Shown here: piece by piece, positions 14,067 through 28,375 of the stretch
Numbering within the stretch: the stretch's first letter is position 1
How the letters are laid out: every line of letters starts with the position of its first letter
Assembly (NCBI GenBank): GCA_964016885.1
Contig: OZ024753.1
Coordinates: 44,640,001-44,704,000 of the forward strand
DNA length: 64,000 nucleotides
From: Eledone cirrhosa
Lineage: Eukaryota
Direction: 5' to 3'
Position numbers and translations under genes: made by a program
Notes under the pieces: model-generated
Told to the model about the DNA's origin: nothing
The model's input: the letters and a program-made list of their open reading frames with translations, nothing else
Databases searched by the model: none

Positions 14067-14572
14067 CCGCCGAGGTTGACTTTGCCTTTCATCCTTACGG
14101 GGTCGATAAAATAAAGTACCAGTAATGCACTGGGTAATTGCTGGCCTTGTGCCAAAAGTAGAAACAATTATTTCTATTGGTTAAGGGCGGTGGATTGGCA
14201 GTATTGGTAGAGGGTCGGACGCCATGCTTTCCAGCATAGTTACGTCCCTTTACGATCTGAGTTCAAATCCCGCCGAGGTTGACTTTGCCTTTCATCCTTA
14301 CGGGGTCAATAAAATAAAGTACCAGTAATGAACTGGGTAATTGCTGGCCTTGTGCCTAAAGTAGAAACAATTATTTCTATTGGTTAATGGGCAGTGGATT
14401 GGCAGTATTGGTAGAGGGTCGGACACCATGCTTTGCAGCAAAGAGTTACGTCCCTTTATGGTTTGAGTTCAAATCCCGCCAAGGTTAACTTTGCCTTACG
14501 GGGTCGATAAAATAAATCACCAGTAATGCACTGGGGTAATTGCTGGCCTTGTGCCAAATGTAGAAACAATTA
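14067..14572 (+). mobile_element. Tandem array of SINE family A (one partial and two full copies)
   Basis: Copies are separated and flanked by the repeated spacer attatttctattggttaa. Confidence 0.9.
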
Positions 14573-15014
14573 TTTCTATTGGTTAAGGCTATGAGCTATA
14601 AAGATGTATTTAGTAAGATGAGTACTCTTCAAGTATATCAAGGGTTTGTCAATCTCCCTGGTGCTGGTGCTATAATAAAATTTACCCTGTATGCTCTGTA
14701 AAATGCAGGAAGCTATGTAGGGGAACTGCTGCCCCTTGGTCCATCTAAAACGCCAGTGACTGTGAGTCAGTGGTGTCAGCATGGACATCGAATGATGATG
14801 GGGATAATAATGATGACTACAATGATGATCATGATATTGCTTAGTTCATCCATCACATCACTCTCTCTCTCTCTCTCTCTCTCAAAACATTATTTCCATA
14901 AACTCAAGCTAACATCTATGAAGTTGAGTTTAGTAAGCTGTTTCCTATTTTAACCTTGACATCTTTATGCCCTGCTCCTCTCCTAAACATTTTTTTCCCA
15001 CTGTTAGAATCTAG

Positions 15015-15301
15015 CTAAAGTCTGTCTTAAGCCAGAAGGCTCATTAGGCCAGTGCTCATCCTGTTTTTATGGCATGAAGCAACTGATAGTACAAGACTTT
15101 CTCCTGGATAGGATGTCAGTCCATTACAGAGTTAAATTCCCAGCTATTGCTGGTACTCATTTTCAGTTGAGTATACTGGAGCAACATGAAATTAAGTGTT
15201 TTGCTCAAGAACACAACACACAACAATCAAGCTCAGGAATCAAACCCATGACATTATGATCATAAGTCCAACACCTTTACCATTAGGCTACATGCCTCCA
15301 C
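15015..15301 (-). mobile_element. SINE family B (tRNA head, CORE-like body, V-like segment)
   Basis: Head gtggaggcatgtagcctaatggt, body gtgttcttgagcaaaacact...ctccagtatactcaactgaaaatgagtacc, then atggactgacatcctatccagg; flanked by ctgttagaatctag. Confidence 0.8.
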
Positions 15302-17739
15302 CTGTTAGAATCTAGTTCAACATATTGTAGTATGGATTCAAAAGTAAACATACTTTGGCAAACATAAATCAACTTTTCCTCTTATGATAGATTTATTTTG
15401 GCAGTAAAGATTTTACGTGAATTATTTTTACTTTTTCCACATTCTTTCTTGTCTATTTTATCTTTCTAATCTGCTTAAAACCTTTAATATCTTTGTTTTG
15501 TTTTGTTTTTTGTTTATTTATTTTTCTTATTTATCTCATTTTTGCCCTGAAACATTTGCAAAAATGAAAGCATGTTTTTAGAATTAAGATCATGAGTGTA
15601 TGACAATTTGACAAATCTTCAAAGTTGATCAAAAAGATGAAATAAATGTGAAAGTTTTGAAAACAATCAATTAAAGAGAAAAGACCTGAGATATTTGGCG
15701 TGTTATTTCTCTTTGAAAACCAAACATGCTGCGATGCTGCTTTGAACTTTTTCTTTTTTTTTTTACCATTTTTTTTCTTCTTCTTTTAATTCTGAATTAA
15801 AGTTCTGATTGATGGAACTACTAAATGTTCCTAAACTCTGAATAATGAGTAATAGTCATAAAAAATTAAATTAAATTTTTTTTTCTTCTTAGTTTGAGGG
15901 GAAAAATTTAGATAGAAGTGTAATTAAAATCAGTTTACTTAACCCCTTCCCCCAGCCCCAATTGATATTCTGGCTTAGGGTAAAGTTTAAAAAATTGAAA
16001 ATCAAATATTTAATGTGTTGATTGTGTAAAAATTTTATTTGACTCAAAGAGACTCACCAAAAATATTATGTGGAAACAAAAAGTTCATTTTATTGTAACT
16101 TGCAAATATTTCAAAAACCTAACAGCAATTTTGAGCATCAAAGAATGCTTTAAAAATATGATATTTAAAGTCATTTCAAAGTTTTCATTCATAAAGTAAA
16201 ATTAAAGAAAAAACAATTATAATGTAGATATTTTATGTAGATATTTATCTAAAACTCTTCCATTATAAATTTGTGTTATGTTCTAAATACCAACTTGTTA
16301 ATGAGAAAGTTAGTTATATTATTAAATCTCTCTAAATTTTTGATTATTTTAGAAATTATCTAAATATCATAGGCAGTGTCTTAGATTAGAAATATGGTAA
16401 CAAAAGGATTAAATTGGGGAGGAAGTGTTTCAGAGGAAAAATAGCAGTCTTGCATTTTTTGTTTCTAAAATATTTTGTTTTATGTATAGAATTGTAAAAT
16501 AATATAAGAATTATTAAGAATGACCAGTCTGCTCTGGTTAGTCTACTTTGTAATTATCTTTAGCTGTCTAAAAAGAAATGATAATGCCCACGGCTTTCTT
16601 AGAATAGAGTCTTGTATATTAGGGAACTGAGAATGATGCTATTTAGTTAGTACAATTAATGCTTAATTTGAATTGTTGCTTAGTAACTGAAGAGAACATT
16701 TAGTCATTTCAAATTTATTGACAGCTTCTCTTTTATATATTAATGATTTAATTATACAGTTCTTCCTCAATTTCCTTAAACTACATCAATCTTTGCTTGC
16801 TAATAGGCAAAACGCTTCTAACCATAAAATATAATCAACCTTTTGTTGGCTTTTCTTCTAGTATAATTCATAAAACAAGTACTACTACTATAGCAGGAAA
16901 TTACAAAATGAGTAGTTAAAAGTATTGAACAAGAAGAAAAATAGATATTTTAAATTTAGCCATCTTTCTTTCATGAATGAATGTAGCTTCTTTTCTTTTT
17001 GTAATTTGCAAGAAATAAGGTGTTAATATTTCATAAAACTGACTGTAAATTTGTGTCTGTATTAAATAATTAAAAACCGTAGGTTCACACTGGTTTTGTA
17101 ATTAAATCAATACAAGTGATCAGTCACTGACAGATAAATCTGTCATGTTATTGTCGGAAAACAGATGGATCAACCCAAGTCGAAATATGTAAAAATCAAT
17201 ATTTGGCTGTAAAACAATCTACCCCCATTTAAAATTTAAAACAGAGTAATTTTATAGCAAGTAAGCAGGGATGACACCTGAGTATTTACTACCTTAGACT
17301 AGTCCTACATTGTGCACCCTGTAGATAAGATTCCCCCCAAAGTCTGAGAGAGAAATGCACTAACTATAGTAATTCCCAGACTGCCATTGCATTGGATTGA
17401 ACAACACTGAGTAGAGTTATGAAGCCATATTCAAGAAATAATTATGTCGAAAATGTTGTATTTATAAGCTTTGTAAAATCACACCTTTAAGTTTCAGTTT
17501 TTTATTGATTTTTGATTTGGGGTTTAACCCTTAGTTATGATTTCCGTCTTTTGTGCGTTAAATATGCGGTGGTTTGTGGTAACACAGATTTTACAGGCAA
17601 AACCAACCCAGGGATAGACCACGAGCAAGTTGCTTGGATAATATTCATGAGCTCAGCTGGTCTTGCTTGAGGAACTAACTGGATCAATTGGAGATAGTTA
17701 CTTCTGACAGGATCTGTTGTATATATATATATATATATA

Positions 17740-17946
17740 AACAATGAGTTATTTGGTTTGTTGATTATTCAACAAAGTTAATTTTACAACAGATAGAAGC
17801 ACTCAACAGATTTATCCGGAGTATCATTAATATCAATAATATTAATAAATGGAAATATCTTTATAAAACCATATTTATTTTATTTTATAAGATAAAATAA
17901 ATATGATTTTATAAAGATATTTTCCATTTATTAATATTATTGATAT
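17740..17946 (-). repeat. TA-embedded element with terminal palindrome 17831-17946 (relatives at 42537-42632 and 44095-44165)
   Basis: Inverted arms of ~55 bp; dispersed homologous fragments. Confidence 0.7.
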
Positions 17947-18489
17947 ATATATATATATATATATATGCATGTTTGTGTGTGTGTATGTGTGTTTTAGTGT
18001 CACAGGGGAGACAGACTCTTTAGCTTTGGTTAGCAACTGCCTAGGAGAAAGACACACCAAAGTAAAACCTATGACCTGTGGACCTTGCTGTCACAGTCCC
18101 TGCTTGCCTGGCCATGACAGACAAACCTCAGGTGTAAAACGTGGAGCCAGTTATGCACACACTGCACACCACCAGGTGGTGTCAAGCCTTTCATTATATA
18201 TATATATTTTTGTTCTGATGTAATTATTTATTTTAGTTTTCGTACTTTCATAAATGTTATCAAAAATATATCCAAGAATCCATGATCAATTATACATCCA
18301 CTGTGGATAAATAGATACATTTTATTTCATGTTGTTTCAGTCAACTCAGCAGCAAAAAATTACATGCCCTTGTCTCATGCTGAATCTCCCTGAGAACTAT
18401 GTTAAGAGTATATATGTGTGTGTGTTTAGTTAAGAGTATATATGTGTCTCTGGAATGTTTCATTCAACTACTTGTGAATTAATTACATG

Positions 18490-18678
18490 AGGGCTGTGAA
18501 TTGGCAGTATCGGTGGAGGGTCAGACGCCGTGCTTTCCAGCATAGTTATGTCCCTTTATGATCTGAGTTTAAATTCCACCAGGGTTAACTTTGCCTTCCA
18601 TCCTTACAGGTCGATAAAATAAAGTACCAGTAATGTACTGGGTGATTACTGGCCTTGTGCCAAAAGTAGAAACAATTA
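18490..18678 (+). mobile_element. SINE family A
   Basis: Consensus match; TSD aattaattacatgagg. Confidence 0.88.
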
Positions 18679-19922
18679 ATTACATGAGGAGACTATTTCA
18701 GTATTCAAACTGGAATAATCACTGTTGGAATCAATGATGATCCTCGTCAAGTTAGCTTTCTACCAATATCTCTTCTCTGTTTCAATAGAAGCTCACTGCA
18801 ACTGTTGAACATGTATCAATATTTTCAGGAACTACAATAATGTCATATCATGAAATTCATCAAGGGTGCTAGCATTTACTGTCAATAAATCTGCCGAAGC
18901 TAAACCTAACTAAACCAACTTATCTGTAATATTTAAAATGAGAATAATTTATATATCTATTTGAAGAAAGTTTGCCAGAGATGCTCTCAAAAAGAAACAC
19001 AGTAATAATTCCATGATGGAGTACTCTGCTAAGACATAAATGCTTCTATTTGAATATGTCTTATGCAAAAGTGAAAATTTAGTATAAAAAATAAAGCAAA
19101 ACAGTAATATATTGTTGTATTTTCCTGAGAAACCAACAAATGTCAAATTCTATATCCCACAGGAGATGTAGAAGAGCTAGCTACATAATATTGCTCAAAA
19201 TATATCAACTTCCTACAGGAACACAGCTTATATTATTAACCAATTTATTAAGTTCATGTTGACTAGAATTTCAAATTTGTTTTGTCTTGAGAATACCATT
19301 TTCATTAACCTCTCTTTGAATCTTTTTCTAGTTTCAGTAATTAGACTAAGTTATGGAATATAAACACATACACCGACAGACACTAGACACATACACACAG
19401 ACATACAGACACATACAGACGCAAACACACACACACACAGAGACACTTGCACACACAAAGAGACACAGATACACGCACAGACAAACACAGATACAAACAC
19501 AGACACACAAGCACACACACATGTACACACATTGGTCAACCTAAGGCTACAGTGGAAGTCACTTGTCCAAAGTGCAAGCAGTAGAACTGAACTAAAGGAT
19601 TGCCACATAAACTCCTTAACCATCTATACCTAATTCCAAAGAGAATTATTTTCTACTATAATCTTTAAACAGATGAGATTTATGTCATTTGGCATGAATA
19701 ATTAAAGACATGAAGACATAGAATAGTTAATTTAAAGACACCAATGCATCTAGAATGCTAGAGAGCTATGGAATGGGACAACTCAATCATTCTTTAATAA
19801 TCTCTGTATGTTACGTTAGCTTTATTAAAACATGAAAATATCAAAACAAATAAACTATTTTGTGTCAAAAACACAATACACATATTAATGATAATAATTT
19901 CAATACATATTTGCATATATGC

Positions 19923-19959
<37 letters not shown>

Positions 19960-20158
19960 TATATATATATATTAATACACATACATATATATATATCAAT
20001 TTTTACATCTTTCTTTCTCTCTACAAGCCCTTTATTAGAATATGTGAGCACCTTTATATACACACACACAGACATATATATATATAGTACATTACCCTAT
20101 GTACTATACATACACTTTTGATGAGTTGTAGTGCACCTGAGCACTGTACACAATATTT

Positions 20159-20285
20159 CGTCCCTTTACGATCTGAGTTCAAATCCCGCCGAGGTTGACT
20201 TTGCCTTTCATCCTTACGTGGTCGATAAAATAAAGTACCAGTAATGCACTGGGTAATTGCTGGCCTTGTGCCTAAAGTAGAAACA

Positions 20286-20288
<3 letters not shown>
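20159..20288 (+). mobile_element. SINE family A, 5'-truncated
   Basis: Runs from the B-box to the tail, then (att)n. Confidence 0.85.
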
Positions 20289-20324
<36 letters not shown>

Positions 20325-20382
20325 GGTTTCATCATGGCTTTCTTTTTTAAATGGACATAAATACGATGATGATATATCTACC

Positions 20383-20424
<42 letters not shown>

Positions 20425-20432
20425 CCTATCTA

Positions 20433-20808
20433 CTTTTTTTCAAATACCACTTTGGAAGAAGAATCAGGATGGAGAGAGAGGTGCTGTACCCCAGCAAATT
20501 TTATGAAAGGTGGGTGAAAGTGGCGAGAATGGCCCGAGTGAATGGGCCTTCTCTCTATATCAGCCTGTAGGTTGAGGAAAAGGAGGAGGAGAGGAAAGGA
20601 GTACAAACTCTTCGTACTCCTGGAGATGAGGGTTGCACATTTTTTCGGGGGTATGTGTTACCCATATGAACTGTCTCCCCCTATTGGGGAAAATCGACTA
20701 ATTTTTTAAATTGCATTTGTGATAATATTTTACACGTTTTTATTGTATGTAAACTTCCCCTTTGTATTTGTCCCCTTCTTTTGTGCCCCTGTGGCTAATA
20801 AAGAAACA
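20433..20808 (+). mobile_element. Probable Tx1/L1-like LINE 3' end in a (TATC)n tract
   Basis: Open frame FFKYHFGRRIRMEREVLYPSKFYERWVKVARMARVNGPSLYISL*, then a T-rich UTR with AATAAA at the end; (ctat)n on both sides. Confidence 0.6.
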
Positions 20809-21228
20809 TATCTATCTATCTATCTATATTTATATATATATATAATCATCATCATCATCATCATCAATATATATATATATATGTATATTGTTTATTCCTA
20901 GCAATATGGTTCACTCATGGTTTATTTGCTAATGCACTAACACTTGTTTATTACGATGAAGTAAGGTTAACGAATCACATCTCTCTTGTCCTTTCTTCAT
21001 CATCTGTTTCTCTCCTACCATAGAAAACACATAATACACCTCCTTCTCGTTCATAGCACACAAGGTATAATGTACAGCTTATATCTCTGCTCACCAAATT
21101 TACCCTAAAAGTATTTTCACAGCTCAGCATTTAATTGCTTTGCAAACACTCTTATTTGATCAACTAAGTGTTTGCACCATATCGAGGGGAGTTTGTGCAT
21201 GCATACCTTTGTGTTGGTATTTCTCTGC

Positions 21229-21285
<57 letters not shown>

Positions 21286-21585
21286 TATATATATATATAT
21301 GCTAGCATGGAAAATGGACGTTAAACAAAGATGATGATGATGATGATGATATATAAACACTAATACTCAAACACTAACATAGTCCTCCATATACACTCAC
21401 AAAGACACACACACACATAACACAAAGATGCATACACACACACTCTTCCTTATACATACACATTTGAGTTATCTGCTGTTCAAGTGTGTATACATTTTTG
21501 AGGGGACACCCTGTATATATTTATATATATGTATATATATACGTATAAACACTAACACGAAGACACTTACACACACTCTCTTCCA

Positions 21586-21684
<99 letters not shown>

Positions 21685-21785
21685 TAAAGGAACTCACATA
21701 TTCTAATAGAGGGTTTACCAAAAAGAGAAGTAAAGAGAAAGAGAGGAAGAGAGATTGATAGCTGAGTATATATAGAGAGAAAGAT

Positions 21786-21820
<35 letters not shown>

Positions 21821-21914
21821 CAGTATATATATATATATATGTATATAAATATATATACAGTATATATATATATATATATATTTTAGTCTTCAAATTTATT
21901 ATTATTACTATATA

Positions 21915-21973
<59 letters not shown>

Positions 21974-21988
21974 TATATATATATATTG

Positions 21989-22068
<80 letters not shown>

Positions 22069-22484
22069 GTGTATGTATTAAAATTGATAAAAGATAAAAG
22101 AAGAATTAGAGAGAAGATATTTGAGTGTTTCTTTTTTATTTATTATATAACAAAATAATATAGCCCTTAATCTGTATTATCAGTTTTAAACTCTCCTTTT
22201 AAGTATTATTTCAGAGAAGATAAATTGCTGGTAGATTTGTTGCCCTAATATAAATGCTTTGTATTAACAAAGGTATCACCTTTTAAAGCACCTTTTTCCA
22301 GAATGTAGTGAAAGGTGGGGTATTTCAGTTAGATCCTGCTATAAACACATTTCAAAATCTTTCTAATTTTTCTCATTATCTTTTTCATTATTATCATTAT
22401 TTTATTATTATTATTGTTGTTGTTGTTGTTGTTCAGGTTATTGCTATTGATTCCTATTGGCATCATCAGTATTGTCGCCATCCA

Positions 22485-22860
22485 CAGCACTACCAACCAC
22501 CACCAACACCTCCACTACCATTATCATCACCACTACCATTACCACCACCACTACCATCATCACCACTACCAACACCACCACTACCATTACCACCACCACC
22601 ATCCACCACCACTACCATCATCACCACTACCATTACCATCACCACCATAAACACAAACACCTCCATAACCACCACTGCCATCACAACCACCACTGCCATA
22701 ACCACCACCACCACCAACTCCACCACCACCAACTCCACTGCCATCGCCACCACCATAAACATGAACACCTCTATAACCAGCACCACTACCAACTCCATCA
22801 TCGCCACCACCATCACTACCACCACCACCACCACCATCACAATGGCGATCACCATGATCA
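22485..22860. repeat. Degenerate (ACC/CAT)n trinucleotide tract
   Basis: Direct reading. Confidence 0.9.
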
Positions 22861-23685
22861 TTGTGATGGTGTATGCAATTCAAAGGATATTTGATCATGT
22901 ATCTAAACCTATATGTGATATATAACTATTTAAAAGGAATCCTCTGAACAGAGACATCAAATTTTATGTAACAACAACAGTAGCAATAACAGCACTCATT
23001 AATCAGGTATAAAAGCATTGCATTGATAAGCTCCTTTGATTTTTAGATATATATTTTGTTTTCATTGCAAAATGGAGAAAGCATTTAATCAAACATGAGA
23101 AGGCAACAATATTTGGCTTTATTTAGCAAGGGAAAATCAGTGATTCAGTTGACATCATGTACCATTTTGTGATGCAAAAGGATGTTGTTGTAAAATCTCT
23201 GGTGATATGGGCTTAATTGAAATAATCCCTGTTGAAAGTTGAAAGCTTAACTGGAAATTGGTAGGATAGAGCATCATGTTAATCATATTTATAGATGTGT
23301 TAACCCCTTTTGATATCAAACCGCCCACCTGAATTTGTCCCTATACCCTGCTTCTACTATACAAAAGTGTTTGCTTAAAAGGGTTTTTATTTATCTAAAA
23401 ATATTCTGTCAAATTTTCTATGTAAGAACCTTTGTGTTACAAATACAAACGTTATTAATATTGTGAAATCCAACCAAATTCTTCGTTATTCTTAAAATTA
23501 TTTGAATATCAACTGTTTCCATCCCCTAGTTCTACTGCATAAGATCTTTTTGTTTTAAAGGGTTTTTATTTATCTAAAAATATTCTGTCAAATTTTTTAT
23601 GTAAGAGCTTCTATGTTTCAAATGCCACCTTCATAATATCAACATTAGTAATATTACAAAGTTCATTCAAATTCTTGGTTATTCT

Positions 23686-23912
23686 TTAATCCTTTAGCAT
23701 TTAAACTGGCTGTATCCAGCCAGAATTCTCTCACTTCTTTCTGTTCAAACTGACCATAACTGACTGCTCATACTAATGTTACGGTATTGTTCTCAAAATA
23801 AATAATATCAAAATCTTATAGATTTGATATTGTGTGAGATAATTATGTAAGGTAGCATTTACCACAAAAATATAATAGTAAATATAGAGTAATGTAAATA
23901 GTAAAGGGTTAA
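23686..23912. mobile_element. piggyBac-type MITE nested in an older TTAA-CCC element (~23300-23968)
   Basis: TIRs with TTAA on both sides; the host element resumes after the insertion. Confidence 0.75.
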
Positions 23913-25931
23913 ATTATTTGAAGATCACAGGTAGTCTTTCATTAGAAATATGGTATTGGAATGGTTACAAATTAACGAGAAGCAAGTTGGTAGTAATTCA
24001 CTAATAGTAAAACTTACATCTATATATGATTTATTGTCTTCCAGAGAGAAAATTAAATAAATGTTCTCTTGATATGCCTGCATACACTGTCATGGAGAAA
24101 TAAGTTTTTCAATCATATTACAATTGATTATATAAACAGTTCAGTACCATTTAGTATTTACTGTGAGGTAACCAACATGAGCTGTTTTATTTAGTTTATA
24201 AACATCAAGAGAAAGAAATAGAATGTTTTGAAGTATATGTGATATATTAATAGTCACCAGTGCTTAGCTTTTGTCCCTCATTGAAGAGAAAACAAAATAC
24301 TTGAACTATAATAAAATGAAATAATAAATAAAAAAATTGTCAGTAAACAGAGTTAAGTATTGCTTTAAACATTTATTTGTTTCAATCAAAACTTGTGCTG
24401 TTCATAGATTAATATTTTCCAATTATATGTCATCGAATCACTTCCCTCCCTAGAGCACAAACAGAAAATACATGGCTCTGTGGTTAAACAGTTTGTTTCA
24501 CAATCACATGGTTCAGGTTTAAGCCCCACTGTGTAGTACCTTCGAACATCCCTCCCCCTAAAGCGCAAACAGAAGTGACATGACTGTGAAGTTTAGGGAG
24601 TTTGCTGGTTTCAGTCCCACTGTGTAGCACCATGGGCAAGTGTTTTCTACTATAGTCCTGAGAGTGAAATGTGTTAGACAGAGATTGCAGAAGCCACCAT
24701 ATATGTGTGTTTGTGTGTATGTGTGTGTGCGTGTGTGTACACAAATGTGTATGTATGTATACATTGTGTTTATGTTCAATGACTTAACAGTTTGACAGAA
24801 AGATATCAATAAAATAAGTCCTGGGGTCAATATAATCACCTAAATTAAGGTGTTGCCCCAGCATGGCCACAGTCTGACTGAAATCAATAATCAACATAAC
24901 AGAACTATGTATACTAGTATAGCAAAACAAGTATTTTGTCGTAATCAGCTACACTACTTCGATACAAATGAAAATACACAAAATATATATTCTAGAAGTA
25001 AATTTTGAGTAACGAGATTATAATTAATTAATTATTAATACCACTAAGCATATCTCATAGAACGTTTCTCATGTATTTTAATGATAGGGGCCTCAGTCCT
25101 ACCTTGAAAATGAATATAAAAGGATGTACCTAGTTGAAGAACCCAACATAATACTTGATTCAAGAATCAAACATACAAGCCTTATGATTGTGAGTTCAAC
25201 AACCTAACCACTAGGCTTGCTTTCCATTACATCTGAATTAACAAGAGTAAGTACAAAGCTGTGAGTGTGTTCAATATATTATAAACCCCAGCCACCTCCT
25301 TTCTAAACATCCCCTTTGAATCAAATTTTTTGCGACATTGAATTTAACCTAAATAAAAGAGTTCTGAGAGAAGTTACCAAATTGATATGATAAATCAGGC
25401 AGGCATAGCTGCAATAGGCCTTCACTATAATACAAAATATTTGATGATGTGTTGAGAATAATTTAAAATTAATTTGACTCACTTGTTTAAAGACAGGTCA
25501 GTGTGGCATGCCAGTATATCCACAGTCCATACAGTGAAAATAGTTTCTTTTTCATTCTGCTATTGTACAAATGTTTTTTTTATATATCTGTAGAATAATA
25601 TTTATTTATTTAGTTAGCACAATTTATACAACATAAAAGGAATTGCTATGTAGCACGATATTTGATATACATCTCTCCCTCTACTATTGAATTCCATTAT
25701 ATATACATATATATATATATCAAAGCAACAATGTGTTCATACATACCATTTAGTCAAGGGTGAATCTTAATGCTCTGATAGAACTCTATTAAAATTTCTA
25801 TATCATCATCATCATCGTCGTTTTTACATCCACTTTTTCTTGCTTCTTGTTGGCATAGGTTGGATGAGACTTTTTCAGGCGATTTATCTATATATATATT
25901 ATATATATAGATAAATCACCTATATATATAT

Positions 25932-26302
25932 CATCATCATCATCATTGTTTAACGTCCATCTTCCACGCTAGCATGGGTTTGGATGGGAATTTTCCCACT
26001 TGAGGCAAGATTGGTTGTCTTGCTCGTATAGGACTGTCTGGCGGGTTTTCTATGGCTGGATGCCCTTCCTAACACCAACCACGTTTACAGTGTGGACTGG
26101 GAGGTTTTTACCGTGTTACCTACACGGCCACATTACAGCGTGGACTGTGTGTTTTTTTTTTGCCGTGACACCTACACGACCACATTTATTTAGGACTGGA
26201 TGTTGTGGTACCAACATAACTTTACATTGAAAGGGTGGTGTGGATGGAGTGGGGGTAGTGGGACGGGGGTGTATTTTGGTTAAGAGGTGCCTACTGACTG
26301 GT
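25932..26302 (-). mobile_element. RTE-type 3' UTR/tail repeat (related family; copies also at 42246-42515, 49105-49415 and 62372-62682)
   Basis: Shares the tggatgcccttcctaacaccaacc core and the ccatgctagc...gacgttaaac(gat)n tail with the RTE 3' UTR. Confidence 0.8.
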
Positions 26303-26359
26303 AAGAGTATTTTGGTTATATATATATATAGAGAGAGAGAGGGGGGAGAGAGAGAAAGT

Positions 26360-26554
26360 TTATTGGGTAGTGTCGGTAGGTAACCACAGTTAAAAAGGTA
26401 CTCAATACATTGGTAGAGTATAGGCATCTTTATTATATATAGAAATGACTTCTACTGGACGAGAACTGTTTCATACATATGAAATCATCAGGAATGTTCC
26501 GATGATTTCATATAAATGAAACAGTTCTAGTCCTGTAGAAGTCATTTCTATATA
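26360..26554 (-). mobile_element. Fold-back element with hammerhead-like arms (relatives at 30895-31032, 12790-12860, 9317-9360)
   Basis: Palindrome 26436-26554; the arm reads CTGATGA...GAAACagttctcGTC; shared ggtaaccacagt tail. Confidence 0.55.
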
Positions 26555-27555
26555 TATATAATTAGTATAGCTAATATAAAACATTGTGAGATATGTAATA
26601 CATGACTGATAAGTTTCAAAAGCTGGTAGAATGTGGTAGAAATATATAAAAAGCAATGGATGACAACCTGTTAGATTAGAAATACATAAAGCAAATTGTC
26701 TTCTACAACAGCTTCACACATGTATTTCTTAAAGATTGCAACACTCCTTTTAAGGGACCCCTGTGGCTCCATCAGGAACTAAGACCTATGGCATGACATG
26801 AACAGATCAGCTAGGAATCTCATCTGCCATAGACAAGCCTACCATTCCATAAAAGATGTCTCTCATATGATGAAAGCAGAACTCAGAATTATCTCTCATC
26901 CCAGCACCCACCAATCAACCCTTTACCTTTGCAGACATTTATGTCTTCACAACATTTACTGCTGATATATTGTTGGTTACAAAAGAAAAACTATAATGAT
27001 ATAATGGATATGGTCTTTCTCAGAGAATAATTTATCTATCTTGTAGGACTTAAAATTGTCACTTATTACTTGCATAAAATATCTGCTGTTATTTTCTTAC
27101 AATAGAATCCATATTTAAATCAGGCAATATTTACACAAAATAAAATTCATATATTACAAACTCCCATAAAACTGTCATATTCCTTTACAAACATTCAACA
27201 ACCGGAAATGATTTCTACATAATTTTTACAAACTAACCATTCTGAATTTTTATTTGATTTTGGTTTTACCCATTCAAAATGCTTTTTAATAAAAATTTTC
27301 ATTTTCCTGTTTATCTCAAGCTTCTAAATTATTATGTATAAAGCAACAAAATCCAAATATTAAATATATCTAAACAACTTCCATTATTTTCTTGGTGCTT
27401 TAAGACATATATCCAAATTCATATTAATGTCCAATATCTCAAGCTTCCCACCAGAACTGCAGAGTGGTACACAGTAATAACTGTGATAGCTGCATATATG
27501 GACATATATATGTGTGTGTGTATATAGATAGATATGATTATATATATATATATAT

Positions 27556-27744
27556 AGGCGGTGGATTGGCAGTATCAGTAGAGGGTCGGATGCCATGCTT
27601 TCCAGCATAGTTACGTCCCTTTATGATCTGAGTTCAAATCCCGCTGAGGTTGACTTTGCCTTTCATCCTTACGGGGTCGATAAAATAAAGTACCAGTAAC
27701 GCACTGGGATAATTGCTGGCCTTGTGCCTAAAGTAGAAACAATT
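27556..27744 (+). mobile_element. SINE family A, full length, in (TA)n
   Basis: Consensus match. Confidence 0.9.
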
Positions 27745-27934
27745 ATATATATATATATATGCTGTGAAGTGGTTGGTGATAGGAAAGGTGTCCAGCCGTA
27801 GAAACTTGCCAAACAAAAGGGTTGGGAGGACCCTTAGTTATGTCAAAGACAGGACAACTTCTCCTGTGCACTCACTGGAATGTCAACCATACATAAAGCG
27901 AGACACAGATCCCTGGCTTGCCTGGGAAATCAGT

Positions 27935-28190
27935 GGCTTGTTAGGCTGGTGTTCATCCTGGTTTCATGGCATGAAGTGACTGAGAGTACAAGACTCTCTC
28001 CTGAACAGGATGCTAGTTCATCACAGAGTTAAACCCTATTACTGGAACTCATTTTCAGCTGAGTATACTGGAATAACATGAAATGAAGTGTTTTTCTCAG
28101 GAACACTACACACAACCCAGCCCAAGAATCTAACCCACAACATTATGATCATATATACAACACCCTTACCACTAGGCCACGCATCTCCAC
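27935..28190 (-). mobile_element. SINE family B
   Basis: Colinear with 15015-15301. Confidence 0.78.
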
Positions 28191-28375
28191 TTTATTTTAT
28201 AGGATTCCTATTTTTAATATAAACATCTAACATTGTTTTTGAAGATTGTAATAATTTACTCCAGGAAATATTTCTTTGTATATCAGACAACTTGTAGTGT
28301 TTTACCATTTTTTTCTGTTTCCATCTGATGAGCTGCTAATTTCTTTTTCTAAATGTTCATCCCAGTTCTACGAAA

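Noticed and set aside
22308-22925. Pro/Thr/His-rich ORFs resembling mucin or extensin
   Set aside because: An (ACC)n tract open in several frames on both strands.
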